Of a DNA stretch of 64,000 nt, positions 12,001 to 23,462 are shown one piece after another. Source of the DNA: Vitrella brassicaformis CCMP3155 (Eukaryota > Protista > Chromerida). The stretch spans positions 179,452 through 243,451 of the forward strand of contig CDMY01000869.1 in the NCBI GenBank assembly GCA_001179505.1. Reading direction: 5' to 3'. The notes under the pieces were generated by a model. The model was not told the DNA's origin, did no database searches, and saw only the letters and a list, made by a program, of their open reading frames with translations. The position numbers and the translations under genes were made by a program. The stretch's first letter is position 1, and each line of letters begins with the position of its first letter.

Positions 12001-14560
12001 CTGCCATTCATCTACCAGATCGCGTCACGGGTCACACCGCCGCCATTCACCCCATTCCAGGAGTGTATCGACGCACTCCTCAAAGCACTGGTACGGCAAC
12101 AGCAGTCTTCGCACACTGCTGGACTTGACTGGTCGATTGAGTGATGGGGTGTGTGTGTGTGTGTGTTGCCTGCCTGCCTGCCCAGTGTCGCTCGTATGCC
12201 TTCCACTGCCTGTATCCTCTGATTGCGCTGCGAAACGGAGACAAGATACCCGCTGGCGCGTAAGCGATAGACGAGGGATGGTCGGTGCCCCCTCTCTCAT
12301 TCATGTGCACGTGTTGTGTTGTGTTGTCCGTGTCTGTGTCGGTTTGATCCCGCAATGGTGCAGGAGAGGCAGGTCAGCCTTCACACCTCAGGTGAGGCAG
12401 TGAGCCAACGGCACGAAGGAATGAATGAATGCAAGCATCGCTCGACTTGCACCCTTTGTCGGTCGGCCGATGTGTGACTATCTTGTTCGCGCACTTGACT
12501 CACGTGTAGGCGCCCAAGATCGAGGGTGCGCAGCAGCTGCTCGACTATCTCAAGACCATCGACGGACTCCAGCAGGCCGTCAAGGCCACTGATGACCTCG
12601 TCGAGCTCTACATCGCCCTGTCCACCTATGGCGACGAAAGGACGCGGGAGATCGACATCAAGAAGGTCCCCAACTACCGCGCCGTCGCCAAGGGGCTCTC
12701 CCTCTTGCCCGTCCCAACCGCCGAGCTGCCCGAGAATGTCATGGGGGCTCTCGTCCGGGCGTCTGCCACTGCGGGCGGCAGGGGCTGGCAGCGAGGGAAG
12801 ACGGTGTCGGACGGCAAGACTGGCGAGTGCGACGTCCCGCGGATCAATCGGTTTGTTGAGCGTGTTCAGGTGAGCGATACGGGTCTGTCCCATCCGCGGT
12901 TTGTCAAGATGTCTGACACGAGCGGCCGGGAGCACAAGCAGGTGGTCAAGGCGAAGGACGACCTCAGGCAGGACGCTGTCACACAACAGCTCTTCATGCT
13001 ACTCAACAAGGTGGGTAGGCGTGCAGCCAGCAACCGAGCCACACAATGCGGTCGATCCCATCCCATCTCCCTTGCGCAGCCATCCGAGCGATCATTTTAT
13101 GCGTGTGTGTGTGTTAACAGGTGTTCTCGTCGATCCCGCAGACCCGCCAGCGTGACATCCGTCTGCGGACCTACAAGGTGCTGCCCCTCTCGCCGCAGCA
13201 CGGCGTGACCGAGTTTGTGCGCAACACCACCACCCTCGCAGAGTACCTCAAGGGCGCACACGAGCACTACCGGCCCAACGACTACTCATTCGACACGTGC
13301 CGCAAGCTCATCAAGGGCGTCGAGGACAACACCATCCCCAAATTGCGCGGTCAGGTCGGCCAATTGCGCGACAGGCTCCGCAACAAGAGCATTGGCGATA
13401 ACGAGAGAAAGCGGCTGACGGCCGACGAGCGGGCCCTCCGTGAGCAGCTCGACAGAGCGACGGCCAACCTTCGGCGCAAGAAGATCAAGGTCTTCCGCGA
13501 CGTCTGCGACAACTTCAAGCCTGTCATGCACGCATTCTTCCTCGAGAAATTCCCATCCACCCACGAATGGTGGGAGGGAGGGAGGGAAGGATGAATGGCT
13601 TGGCTTGGCGCGCCAGACGGTACCAGACCAACGAAACAATCTGTATGTTTGCGTGTGTGCAGGTACTGCAACCGTCTTCGCTACGCGACGAGCGTGGCGG
13701 CCAACTCGATGGTGGGCTACATCGTGGGTCTGGGCGACCGGCACCTCAGCAACATCCTGCTGGACAACTCGACGGGCGAGCACGTGCACATTGACTTCGG
13801 CGTCATGTTCGATCAAGGCCGCACCATGGGCGTCCCGGAACTCGTCCCCTTCCGCCTCACACGCGACACTGTGGCCGGTCTGGGGGCGCTGGGCGTCGAG
13901 GGCAACTTCCGCAGGCTGTGTGAGGCCACCCTGCAGGTGCTCCGCGAGTCCAACACCCTCGTGCTGGCGGTGCTCGAGGTCTTTCTGTACGACCCCCACT
14001 ACCAGTGGTCCCTGAGCCCACGCAAGCGCTTCCAGCTGCAGCACACGCACGACAATGACAACTACGGCCAACAAGAACACACAGCCCAGAGCGTCAGGGG
14101 CCGGGGAGCGGCCGCCAACTCGGCCGCACAGCAGAGCTCTGCCGGTGGGCGGGGGGGTACGGCTGCGGCATCAGCAGCAGCTGCTGCTGGTGGTGGTGGT
14201 GGCGGTGGTGGCGGTGGTGGCGGGAATAGAGGGGCGAGGGGGCCGTCACCGGATGCGGGCGTGTTTGGCGAATACAATGCGGAAGACGAGAACGCCTTTG
14301 CAAACACGGCCATGATCACTGTAGGCCAGTAGTGCTGTACATGGCTTCATGTGAAGCGTGCCATGAGGGCAATGGTGTGTCCGTCTGTCTGTCTGTTGTC
14401 TGTCTGTCGTGTTTGTCAGGTGCGCAATCGGTTGGCGGGTTTTGACGAGGGCGAGAACACGCCATTGCAGGTCTCGGTGCATGTGGAGCGGCTGCTCAAC
14501 AACGCCATGAGGGAATCCAACCTGGCACCCATGTTCGCGGGATGGTCCGCATTCGTCTGA
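1..14560 (+). CDS. ATM: ATM/Tel1-type PIKK serine/threonine kinase (multi-exon; 5' end lies just upstream of the window)
   Basis: The spliced C-terminus has the ATM kinase signature KAKDDLRQDAVTQQLF (~12940-13010), RTYKVLPLSPQHGV, SVAANSMVGYIVGLGDRHLSNILLD..HIDFG..PELVPFRLTRD (13690-13870), VLEVFLYDP, and a FATC end LAPMFAGWSAFV* (TGA 14558-14560). FAT/HEAT-like helical exons run from 2800 to 12400. The N-terminal exons (85-700) resemble the ATM TAN domain. Confidence 0.9.
6065..6106. repeat. 21-bp perfect tandem duplication inside an ATM intron
   Basis: aagccatgattgcaacgacag occurs twice in a row. Confidence 0.85.
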
Positions 14561-15368
14561 CGATCGACTCACTCACTCATCGAGCAATTCAGCCACTGGC
14601 CGCCGCATGCATCCATCATGTGTGTGTGTGTTTATTTGGATGGACGGGTGCGCAACGGCCGGGGGGGCAGCAGGCAAAGCAGGTGGGCGCATTTGTTTGT
14701 GTGAGGTGTGTGTACACATTCTAGAGAGAGGTGGGTGGATATGTAGAGGTGGGTAGGTGGGTGAGGTGCATGGATATGTGGCTCTGTCTTTGTGTTGGCG
14801 TGTGGACTTTATTTATCAGTACATGGTGCAACACGACGTTGTATACGTACATGTGATGTGCCATAGATATCAGTAAGCCAATTGTACAAAACCAAACGGG
14901 GCCCGACGCACATGTAGGTAGCTCTTGCTTCCGTGTGTGTATATATGTGTGTGCGGATTCACGCCGGCCATCAATTGTGCTGAAGTTCCGGGTTTTTCAC
15001 GCACTTTTTCACGAACCAGACGTGACATATAGATATACATCGAACCGCGAAGGAGCCAACAAACAGGTCCCAAGTCAAACACGACATGTGGGCTCACACA
15101 CACACACACTCACACATGCATACAAAAGACATTGCTCCTAGATCTCGGCACACGCCCTTCCTTTGCCTTGGCTGCCCCACACCCACCCACGCACACAGCC
15201 TGCAACTCGCTACGTGGCTACAAATAACCCCTGCTGCAGGCCGGCTGACCAGAATCCCTCTCTCTACACACGCACAGAGGATTGTTGGTCCGTCTTGCTA
15301 CTGACGATAGGTACACACACCCGCAACATAGCTACATAAGTCCGGTGAGCGACGAGTGCATTCGCTCC

Positions 15369-16729
15369 TCATTTCCCGCCATCGGCCATGCCGCGCATGG
15401 TGTCGGTGTTCATCCTGTGGTAGCCGCGGGATATCCGCCGCTGCTCCTTCGTCATGTCATCCTCCACCGCATTGTTTCGACGCGAAGACCTCTTCCGCAA
15501 CCTCGCACTCCTAGATGACGACACACGACACACTTATGTCTCCCTTGCTTTTCGTCCTGTGTCTCCCACTTAACGTGATGAGATCTGCAGGTGCGGTGAG
15601 GTATGTGAGTGAGCCGCGCCTCAGGACCAGCCTGGCCTTCTTGCCGCAGCAGCACGAACACAGGAAGAAACTCACCAGCAGAGACATCAGCGCCCCCGCC
15701 ATTATGGGGTACTTGCGAGCCAGCCGCCAACACGCTTTGACTCCACCAGACAGACGGCCTAACAAGGCTGAAAATAGACGAAGAAGAGGCATGCATACAA
15801 ACATGCGTACAGACGACGGGGGGCTGGCTTGTCCATCTGACTTACATAGGTCTGGCCGGAGTGTGTTGTCATCCTCCTCTCCTTCTTCCGCTCTTTTCTT
15901 CGTGATCTTCTTCGCACCTGTATCATCCCATACACCGGCAGGCAGGCAGGCAGACACACGAGACACACTCATCCATGGGTTCCCGGTATCCACGATTCGT
16001 ATGTCTCGCCTCCTTCTCGCAGCTCACTTAGCCTTCTCCTCCTTGACGAGAATACCTCCCCCTTCCTCTGTTCCGTTCTGACTTTACACCTGGCAGGGCC
16101 TGACAGTGTCCCCTTCCGAGACACCACTCTGCTGCGAGACAGTGGGCCCTTCTTGAGGCGGCATGTCTGTGACTCTTGCTCATAGGTGAAGGCTCCACAC
16201 CCGGCATGGCGCGCGCACAGACGTTGGCAGCCGAGTGCATCAGAGATGTTGGTAGCTGTTTGTTTGTCTGGTCCACTGATGTATGTATCCACGGCGAAAC
16301 AGGCCAACCGGGCTGCACACAACACGACACAGAGAGGGGACAAGAAGGACCAAAGTGTGCATGACATTGTGCACATGGGTGCCCATCTCTGTGTCTGTGC
16401 TCCTACCTGTGTGTGTCCGCCGGCTGGCCTTGACAGCCCGACGCATCAACATCAAGTCATGCAGCCGCCTTGTGTGGAGGCCTGTCCGCCCCCGCAGGAG
16501 CCGCAGGAGCTCCCTGCCGACCGTGCGCCTTCTGCCGACAGATCGTGCCTGTCTCGCCATGAGTGCAGGTGAGTCTTGTGCAGCATCGGTGGCTTGCAGT
16601 GCCAGCCCCAACACAAGGGCGACACCTGAGGAGAAAGGCAACACAGTCCCGATTTGTTTTCTCTTGTCGCTTGTGCTCACCAATGAAGACCCGGCTCACC
16701 AAACGACAGCGGTTGTGCCGTGCAGCCAT
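15369..16729 (-). CDS. PAN/Apple-domain type I membrane protein (signal peptide, PAN domain, TM helix, short basic tail)
   Basis: Spliced product: MAARHNRCRLVSRVFIG|VALVLGLALQATDA (signal); PAN domain CFAVDTYISG..DALGCQRLCARHAGCGAFTY..TCRLK..LSGPARC; TM YPIMAGALMSLLVSFFLCSCCC; tail ending GMADGGK*. GT-AG phases are consistent across exons. Confidence 0.75.
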
Positions 16730-16751
16730 ATTTTCTCTGGCGGGCCCCACT

Positions 16752-16779
16752 CTCGCGGCTCGCGGCTCGCGGCTCGCGG
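16752..16779. repeat. (CTCGCGG)4 heptamer array in a 108-bp divergent intergenic region
   Basis: Four exact copies between ATG 16729 (-) and ATG 16838 (+). Confidence 0.85.
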
Positions 16780-16837
16780 CCCCAAGTCAAATTTCTCATT
16801 TCCCTTCCCTCCCCTCGTGAAAGTTTGGTGCTCCAAG

Positions 16838-18749
16838 ATGTCCCTCCGGCTAGATGAAGCTCTCATTATGGTAAGCTGCAAGAAAGAGCACGTTGCATGG
16901 GCATTCCCGCGAACCATCATGCATAACGCTCCTGTTCTGTTGTTGCTGCACACAGGGTGTGAGTGGCCTGATGGGCGGGTTCTGCAAGGGGCTGGCGGGG
17001 ATCGGTGACGGTGTGATATACCACTGCTGCTTCACCCTCATTGCCCTCGGCTACCCCGCCATCAACGAGCACATCTCGCTGCAGGCCCGTGTGGCGGCCA
17101 TCACGGCCACTTCCTTCATCACCAACTTCTCGGTGCTCTTCTTCGAGAGGGAGGGCGCCAAGCGCTACTGGCCCGTGGGCATCGCGTTCGGGTGCGGCAT
17201 GCTCACGAGCGTGTTGGGGGCCTGGCTGCTGCAGAACCTCGACACGTACGTCATCAACATTTGTCTCGGTGTGCTCTTCCTCTTCTTTGCGGCCTTCTCT
17301 GCCACCAACGACATCAGAAAGAACGTCATCTGGGCGGTGTATGCGTCCATACCCGACGAGCAGATGGCAGAACTGGAGAAGGCGCAGTCGCTTGCCCCAG
17401 AGCCTCTGAAGAAGAACATGAGCACCAGGGTGCCCTCTGCCGACCTCACCGAGCCCTCTGCCGGTAACCCACCCATCCCTGCGGAGCCGTCAGATCCAAA
17501 CTACCCCAAAATGAGTCGGCGGCTGATGCTCGACGCAATTTGGGGAGGGGCCATGACCGGCGTCTCCATGGGGCTGACAGGCGTGGGCGCGACTGCACTG
17601 ATCTTCTTCTCCATCCGCCAATGGCCGCCTCCGTTGGTCAAGGCCTCCTTCTGCGTGGCGTGCTGCATGGAGCTGTGCATCCGCAACATGACCTACGGCA
17701 TCAACGGCACCCATCGCGGCGAGTATTGGCCCCTGTACGTGTTGCTGGCGGTGACTCTCGCCCTTGGGCTGCTGGTGGGACAGGCGCTCTACCGGTTTGT
17801 GCGGACTGTGTGGGTGATCCGCTTCCTGCTGTTCGTCCTGTGGCTGTCTGGTCTGGAGCTGTGCGGCCTCTACGATGCCGAGATACTCGGCCTGACGATG
17901 CTGCTGCTGAGCGTCGTGTGGGGGGCTGCCATGGGGTTGTGGATCTGCAGTGCCAACAAGAGGGTGGAGGCGGCCAAGCAGAAGCTGCTGGAGGGGTGGG
18001 AGGGGGGCGAGCAGACCACTCCCAACATTGGCAAGAAGACCCCCCTGGCATTGCCAGTGGACAAGCGTCTGAGCATTGGCACAACCAGAAGCATGGAGAC
18101 GCCATCCCTCGACCGCAGCCCTCCCATGAGGCCCACCGCCCTCATGACGGCCAAGGAGGCCATGCCTCAGGAGCTGCGCTACATCAGCCCCGCCATGACG
18201 CACTCACTGGAGCCAACGCCCATGCCCACAGTGCAGGAGGAGGAGGTCTGGGTAGAAGTCGACTTGCAGCACCCTCAGCCCCCCACCAAACTGGCCAGAC
18301 AGCCGCCCTCGCCGACACACCAGGCGCCGCTCGTCCGCGTGCGGACCTTCAGCCAGGCTCTGAGACGCTCGCTGTCCTCTTTGGGTCAGATAGAGGAGGT
18401 GGCGGGGAAGGGCAGGGCACCGGGGACTTTGGACGTTGTCGACTTTCTCAACACAACCAAGCCCCCGGCTCAGGTGGTGCGGATGCGGTCGATGCCCATT
18501 TACTCGCAGCACACGCGGCTGTCCCTCTCGCTCTCTCGCGCGCTGACGTCGCAGAGCCACCAGGGACATGGACGGGGGGAAGAGAGAGACACCAACGCGC
18601 CGACGGGTGCGTCTGTGTTTCGGCGGTTTCGGAGTGTGAGTGCGACGATGTTGGGGATGGGTGTGGGGGTGGGGGGGAAAGGGGAAGGGCAGACGACACA
18701 GACACAGACACAGACACAAGCAGCAGTGAAGCGGATGGATGGTGTCTGA
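16838..18749 (+). CDS. TauE/SafE (sulfite exporter, DUF81)-family multi-pass transporter with a long low-complexity C-terminal tail
   Basis: Exon 1 MSLRLDEALIM, intron 16871-16955, then GVSGLMGGFCKGLAGIGDG and a second repeat GGAMTGVSMGLTGVGATAL. These are the two Gly-rich TauE half-repeat motifs, with ~8 hydrophobic segments. Confidence 0.72.
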
Positions 18750-19376
18750 TGGTTGTCCACTCATTCGGCGTTCGGTCTTTTTTGTCAATCTCTGTGTGTG
18801 CTGACAGTGACGTGCAGGTGTGTGTCTGCGTGGCGTGGGGTGGATGGGGGAAGACACCTGGCTTTGCTAAATGTGTTGGCTCTTTTGTAACACTTCCACG
18901 CTGCGCAGCATTGCATCACTGCATCGATTTCATGTTAAATCGACAGTTTGCGACGGCATCCCGATGACAGTTCACTTCACACAGTCTGCAGTCCATCACG
19001 CCACCCTTTTCCCAACCCACCACGTCCCGTCTTCCTCCACTTTACACATGTTTCCGCTTGGCTAATGGCCTGTCGTGTGTGGTTCCGCCTCACATGGAGA
19101 TCTGGTAGCATGGTTGAGGCATGCAATCGTGCCGCAACCATGCCCAAAAACCCCGACGAGGGCGACACAACACCCACAATCAAAGTGATCAGGCAAACAA
19201 ATGTGGATCCCTCACTCTCATCAGCTAATGCACATGTGACTGCATGCCGACTCGCATCTCACAGACAGCACAGACAGCCAGTCCCACCACCCCCTCTCCC
19301 GATCTCTCACTCACCCACTGCCTTGACAGCAGACACACATCATGCTGACAGACAGACAGTCAGTGCAAGGTCTTCC

Positions 19377-19709
19377 TCAGTCTTCTCCCTTCAGGGGTGG
19401 GGCCAGCAGGATGATTATCAGGAAGAGCGTGAACAGCCCCACGATGGGCAGCGTGAAGCCTCCAAACGACGATGAGTCATAGGCCACCAGCTCAGTCATC
19501 GACACGCCGTCAACGAGAGATCCGGATGATGCGAGTGACGGAAGTGAGCTGAGAGGGGTGTGCTGCTGCTGCCGTGACGGTTGCTGCGCGATTGAGGACG
19601 TGCGGAAGCGCTCCTTGACGAGTGGCGATGCCTGCGGGAACTGGAAGCAGTGGGAGGATGATGCGATGAACGCAAGGATGCCGAAAGCGGAGAAAAACAG
19701 CTTTGTCAT
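19377..19709 (-). CDS. Small (110 aa) intronless protein with a bipartite plastid-targeting presequence and one C-terminal TM helix
   Basis: MTKLFFSAFGILAFIASSSHC|FQFP (signal peptide followed by Phe), a Ser/Gln/Arg-rich transit-like region, then FGGFTLPIVGLFTLFLIIILLAPPLKGED*. Confidence 0.7.
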   Translation of the reverse strand: MTKLFFSAFGILAFIASSSHCFQFPQASPLVKERFRTSSIAQQPSRQQQHTPLSSLPSLASSGSLVDGVSMTELVAYDSSSFGGFTLPIVGLFTLFLIIILLAPPLKGED

Positions 19710-19981
19710 GTTGTCAAGGATCGCGTATGCGAGAGGCCCCTTGCTGGCAGGTCGGTTGGTATAGTGCGCTGGTTGACCGAAGGCAATTCGAGGTAGAGCA
19801 GCGCGATCATGCGAAAAAGGGTGTCCCAGTGCTCTCTCTCCTCTCCCGCCCATGCTGTCTACTCTCTTCTTGCGCTCTCTGGCCTCACCAATCCCCATCA
19901 ATCGGAGCTGACCTGAAAGTCTGTCGTGTTTCTTATCTGACTCATCACCAGACCCTCCCTTGCAAAGAACAGTGATTAGAG

Positions 19982-22093
19982 ATGGCGCACTGCCTCGCGA
20001 CTGCTGTGTTCTGCTGTCTGGTGGCGCTCTCATCTGCCCAAGTTGGGACTCGCGATGTGCGTCGCGGCTCAAACAAGTGAGTGAGGCAGACAGACAGACT
20101 GACAGACAACGGACGTGACAGATCTGTTTCACGGTGTGTTGTAATGCCTGTCTTGGGTGCAGGGAGTTTCTTGTCGCTGAGGTCAATGCTACGTGGGACG
20201 GGGTAAGTGCTGTCAGGAGCGGGAGAGTCCCATCTTACACAAACACACGCTGGTCTCTGTGGGTGCTGTGAGTGCAGTTCCTGTGGGGCAAAGAGGTTGT
20301 GGAGGTCCAGTCGTTCGCCGCGCTCAGGGTGGGCCATTTTGGCGACTTCCACCTCGAATGGCTGCAAGCAAGGATCGAGAAGGCGATGATTGACCAGGGA
20401 TACGGCGACAACCAGACGGCCATCGAATTCTGGCGCATAGCGGGCCGGGTCTATTTGGATCACGTGATTGCGAACCCTGGCAGATTTGATACGGAAATCG
20501 GCAAGGCCAATGTGTCGTCAACGGTGGGGGCGAGCACAATACAGAGACAGAGAGACCCCGATGAAGTGCATTGCTCAAGGTGGCACTCACTTGTGTGTGC
20601 TTCCTATGTGTGTGCAGCTGGCCTTCCTTGCGTATTCGACTTACGAGGAGGGCTGCCTTTGCTGCAAGCCGTGCAACATCTGCGATGAGGTCTGCTCCTG
20701 TGACCAATGTGGGGTGTTCCCATCCGAGACGCCGACCGTCTTCCAGCCTTACATTGGGTGGTCAGTGTCGGCCTGGGACGAGGTGAGCCGGCAAGACACA
20801 CAGGCAGCAGGCAGGCACGTCCCATTCGCCCCCTGATCTGACTTCCATCATCTCGTGTGTGCGCTTGGGTGGTTATTCATTCAGAGTACCAGGGCCCCCG
20901 ACGTAATTTCCCTTCCCGCAGAGCCCGGCCCGACTGCCCCCACACGCGCAGAGCCCGGCCCGACTGCCCCCACACGCGCAGAGCCCAGCCCGACTGCCCC
21001 CACACCCGAGTCCGGTTCCGGTGACGACAATGACCTGTCGGTCGGCATCCTTCCCCCTCCCACCACCAGTGACGGTGGCCCGGACGCCAGCGAGACCATG
21101 ACAGCCCAGGACCTCCAACGAGAAGTGCCATCGACATCTGACAGCGGGACGAGACTTCTTCAGTCGGCGGCCACCGACACGAACAGCACCCGCCCGTCGG
21201 TTGATCCTCGTGCTTTCGACCGGACGTCTGTTGGCCCGACGCCATTGAACATGCTGGAGGTGCGCAGCGAGCCCTGTTTGTTGTGTTTCTGGATCCATCA
21301 GTGCACACATGGCTGGGCTGGCTTGTCGGTGGTGTGCTTGGGGTGTGTGTGCAGCGTTCGTCGCTCATATACATCGAGAACGGCTGCCCCTACGGTATCA
21401 TGTTGGTGGTGCGCTACTTTTCTGATGAGGACAACGAGTGGAAAGACGTGTGCTCATTCCGCTCGGGCACAAATGACGACGAAAGTAGGACCACATACAC
21501 GAAGGGATAGAGGAGACGGTTAGGCCATTCCTCCTCGTGCTGCTGCTGTGCTCTTTGTCTGTCTGTCTGGTTCAGTCGTGCATAGCAACCTCACCGAGAC
21601 CACATACAACTACGAGGTCGGCACACTTTTGGACACGGCGGCGTCCCACATAACCTACAACCAGAAGGCCTACCTCTGGCCGTGGGAGTTCTCCGACAAG
21701 CGGGCATCCACACGCTACCCTCTCATATACTACGCGGCGACCACGATATCGGACACCTCGCCCGCTCTGCACTGGTGGGGCCACCGACGCCTGCTGGACC
21801 CCGAGACCAACAGCTGCGCGTCCCCTGCGCCGCTGCGCCCCTACACTTACATGGATGGCGGGAACATTTTTCTGCACATCTCGTGCGAGGACTACAGCCG
21901 CCAATCCCGCAGGCTGCTGCCGTCCGGCCTGCGTGGCGCATCTGATAAGCGTGTGCCGGTGCACATGAAGCAGACCACTCCGGCGGTCCGCCAACTCGAG
22001 CCTCTCAAGGGCGGATTGCTGTCGCTGGGAAGTGGTGGTGGGATGAAGTGGCGCCCTGCCGAGTCCAGTCGCGTGAGAGGATGGGGGGCCTAG
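19982..22093 (+). CDS. Secreted hypothetical protein with a Cys cluster, Pro/Thr repeat linker and C-terminal globular domain
   Basis: Signal peptide MAHCLATAVFCCLVALSSA. In-frame spliced exons at 20163, 20278, 20619, 20885, 21356 and 21578; Cys cluster GCLCCKPCNICDEVCSCDQCG; stop TAG 22091-22093. Confidence 0.65.
20918..21007 (+). repeat. 30-bp coding minisatellite x3 encoding AEPGPTAPTR
   Basis: gcagagcccggcccgactgcccccacacgc x3 (third copy has two substitutions). Confidence 0.9.
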
Positions 22094-23462
22094 CCAGGCA
22101 GCCAAGGGGGCGCCTCACAACCATACATGTCATGTTTGTGTGTCAATGCGTCTGTCTGTCTGTCTGTCTGGCCAATCACTCACGTGTTTTTTCGATCGAT
22201 GGAGCGCCCGGCACGACTGACTGACGTGTGAGAGGGGGGATGGGACGTGAGAGTGGGGGGGTGAGAGGGGATGCATCATTGATGCGGTCGTTGATCGGTG
22301 TCTTTTTGTGGTCCGCACATGAATGCCTTTACCATCATCTCTGTCTGTCTGTCTGTCTGTCTGCGTTTGTTTCTTCCTGCCTGTGTCCTGCCTGCCTGCC
22401 TTACCGCGTTTTGGCTGCGTGACAGACGTCACTGTGTGGGCCTGAGTGTGTTTTTTCGTATACATCCATCCGCAATCGCGGCCTGCCATGTGCGTGGCTG
22501 TGCGCAAGTGCGAAGTGGGCTCGTGCACTTTTGCCGCGTGCGCTCACAAGTGGGACCAAGCGGGCCGCCAGGATGGCTATCTCCTGTTGCTTTATCGCAT
22601 GTGTTGTGATGGGCGGGCTGCATCCGGCCATGTGTGTCGGATGCCATGTGTGTCGGATTCCGTGTGCGTATGAGTGTAGACAGTCGTGTCATGCTCCACG
22701 CACTCACTCACACACACACTCACTTGGTCATTTTTGGTATCCATCGCTAGCTGGATGGATGGATCAAGGTGACGCCCTCACTCTGTCTTCCTGTCTGTGC
22801 GTGTGTGAGCGTGCATGCTATGCGGCCGATAGTGGCCAATCGTCGTTGGTTGTGTGGCCTCCAGGGGAGTTTTGAGCGAGACAGCGACACACAGCTGATC
22901 ATTGAAGCAATCTACATGGGAGAAGTGCTGAGTCGACTGGCATACACACACCATGCTTATACCATCAAGCAATCACATGTAGAGCATGTCAGTCAGGGCC
23001 CGACACGAGACAAACAAAACAAGTCCACTTGTTGTGGCACTCACACGACCGGTCTCATCGAAAACAGACTCCTTTTCATTGAGCATTAGCATGGCCAGTG
23101 AGAATGTTTGCGTCTTTGATGGTGAACGATTGGCTCATTGGCTGATTGATTGATTGGTCAATCTGATCAGACGCGCGGTGCTCTCTTCACGGCCGTCTCG
23201 TTCGCCGATGGGGCAGGAAGAGAGAAAATAAGCCAGCGCTCGGCCCCTCCCATCCATTGTGTACATCAATCAGCTTTGAGCGGTAACGAACCTGAGGCCA
23301 GTGTGGTGTGGTGTGTTGTATTGTGTTGCGTGTATGTGTGGGCTGCTTCACTGTTTCTGCTTCGTCTTCTTGGTCGTCTGTCTGTGCGAAAGGGAAGACA
23401 CATGAATTCGAATGCATAGCATCCACAGACAAGCCTTCCTGCTTCCTGTCTCCCCCTTGTCA

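Noticed and set aside
17540-18967. 475-aa alternative-frame ORF overlapping the TauE gene
   Set aside because: Off-frame ORF expected from high GC3; Arg/Ala/Gly-rich composition with no family features.
20918-21007. 30-bp repeats as a CRISPR array
   Set aside because: No spacers, in frame within a eukaryotic exon, and no cas genes.
22100-23460. Possible gene, ncRNA or transposon in the low-complexity interval
   Set aside because: Mostly microsatellites; the short ORFs (22769-23089, 23187-23432) lack motifs; no terminal repeats, tRNA fold or transposase seen.
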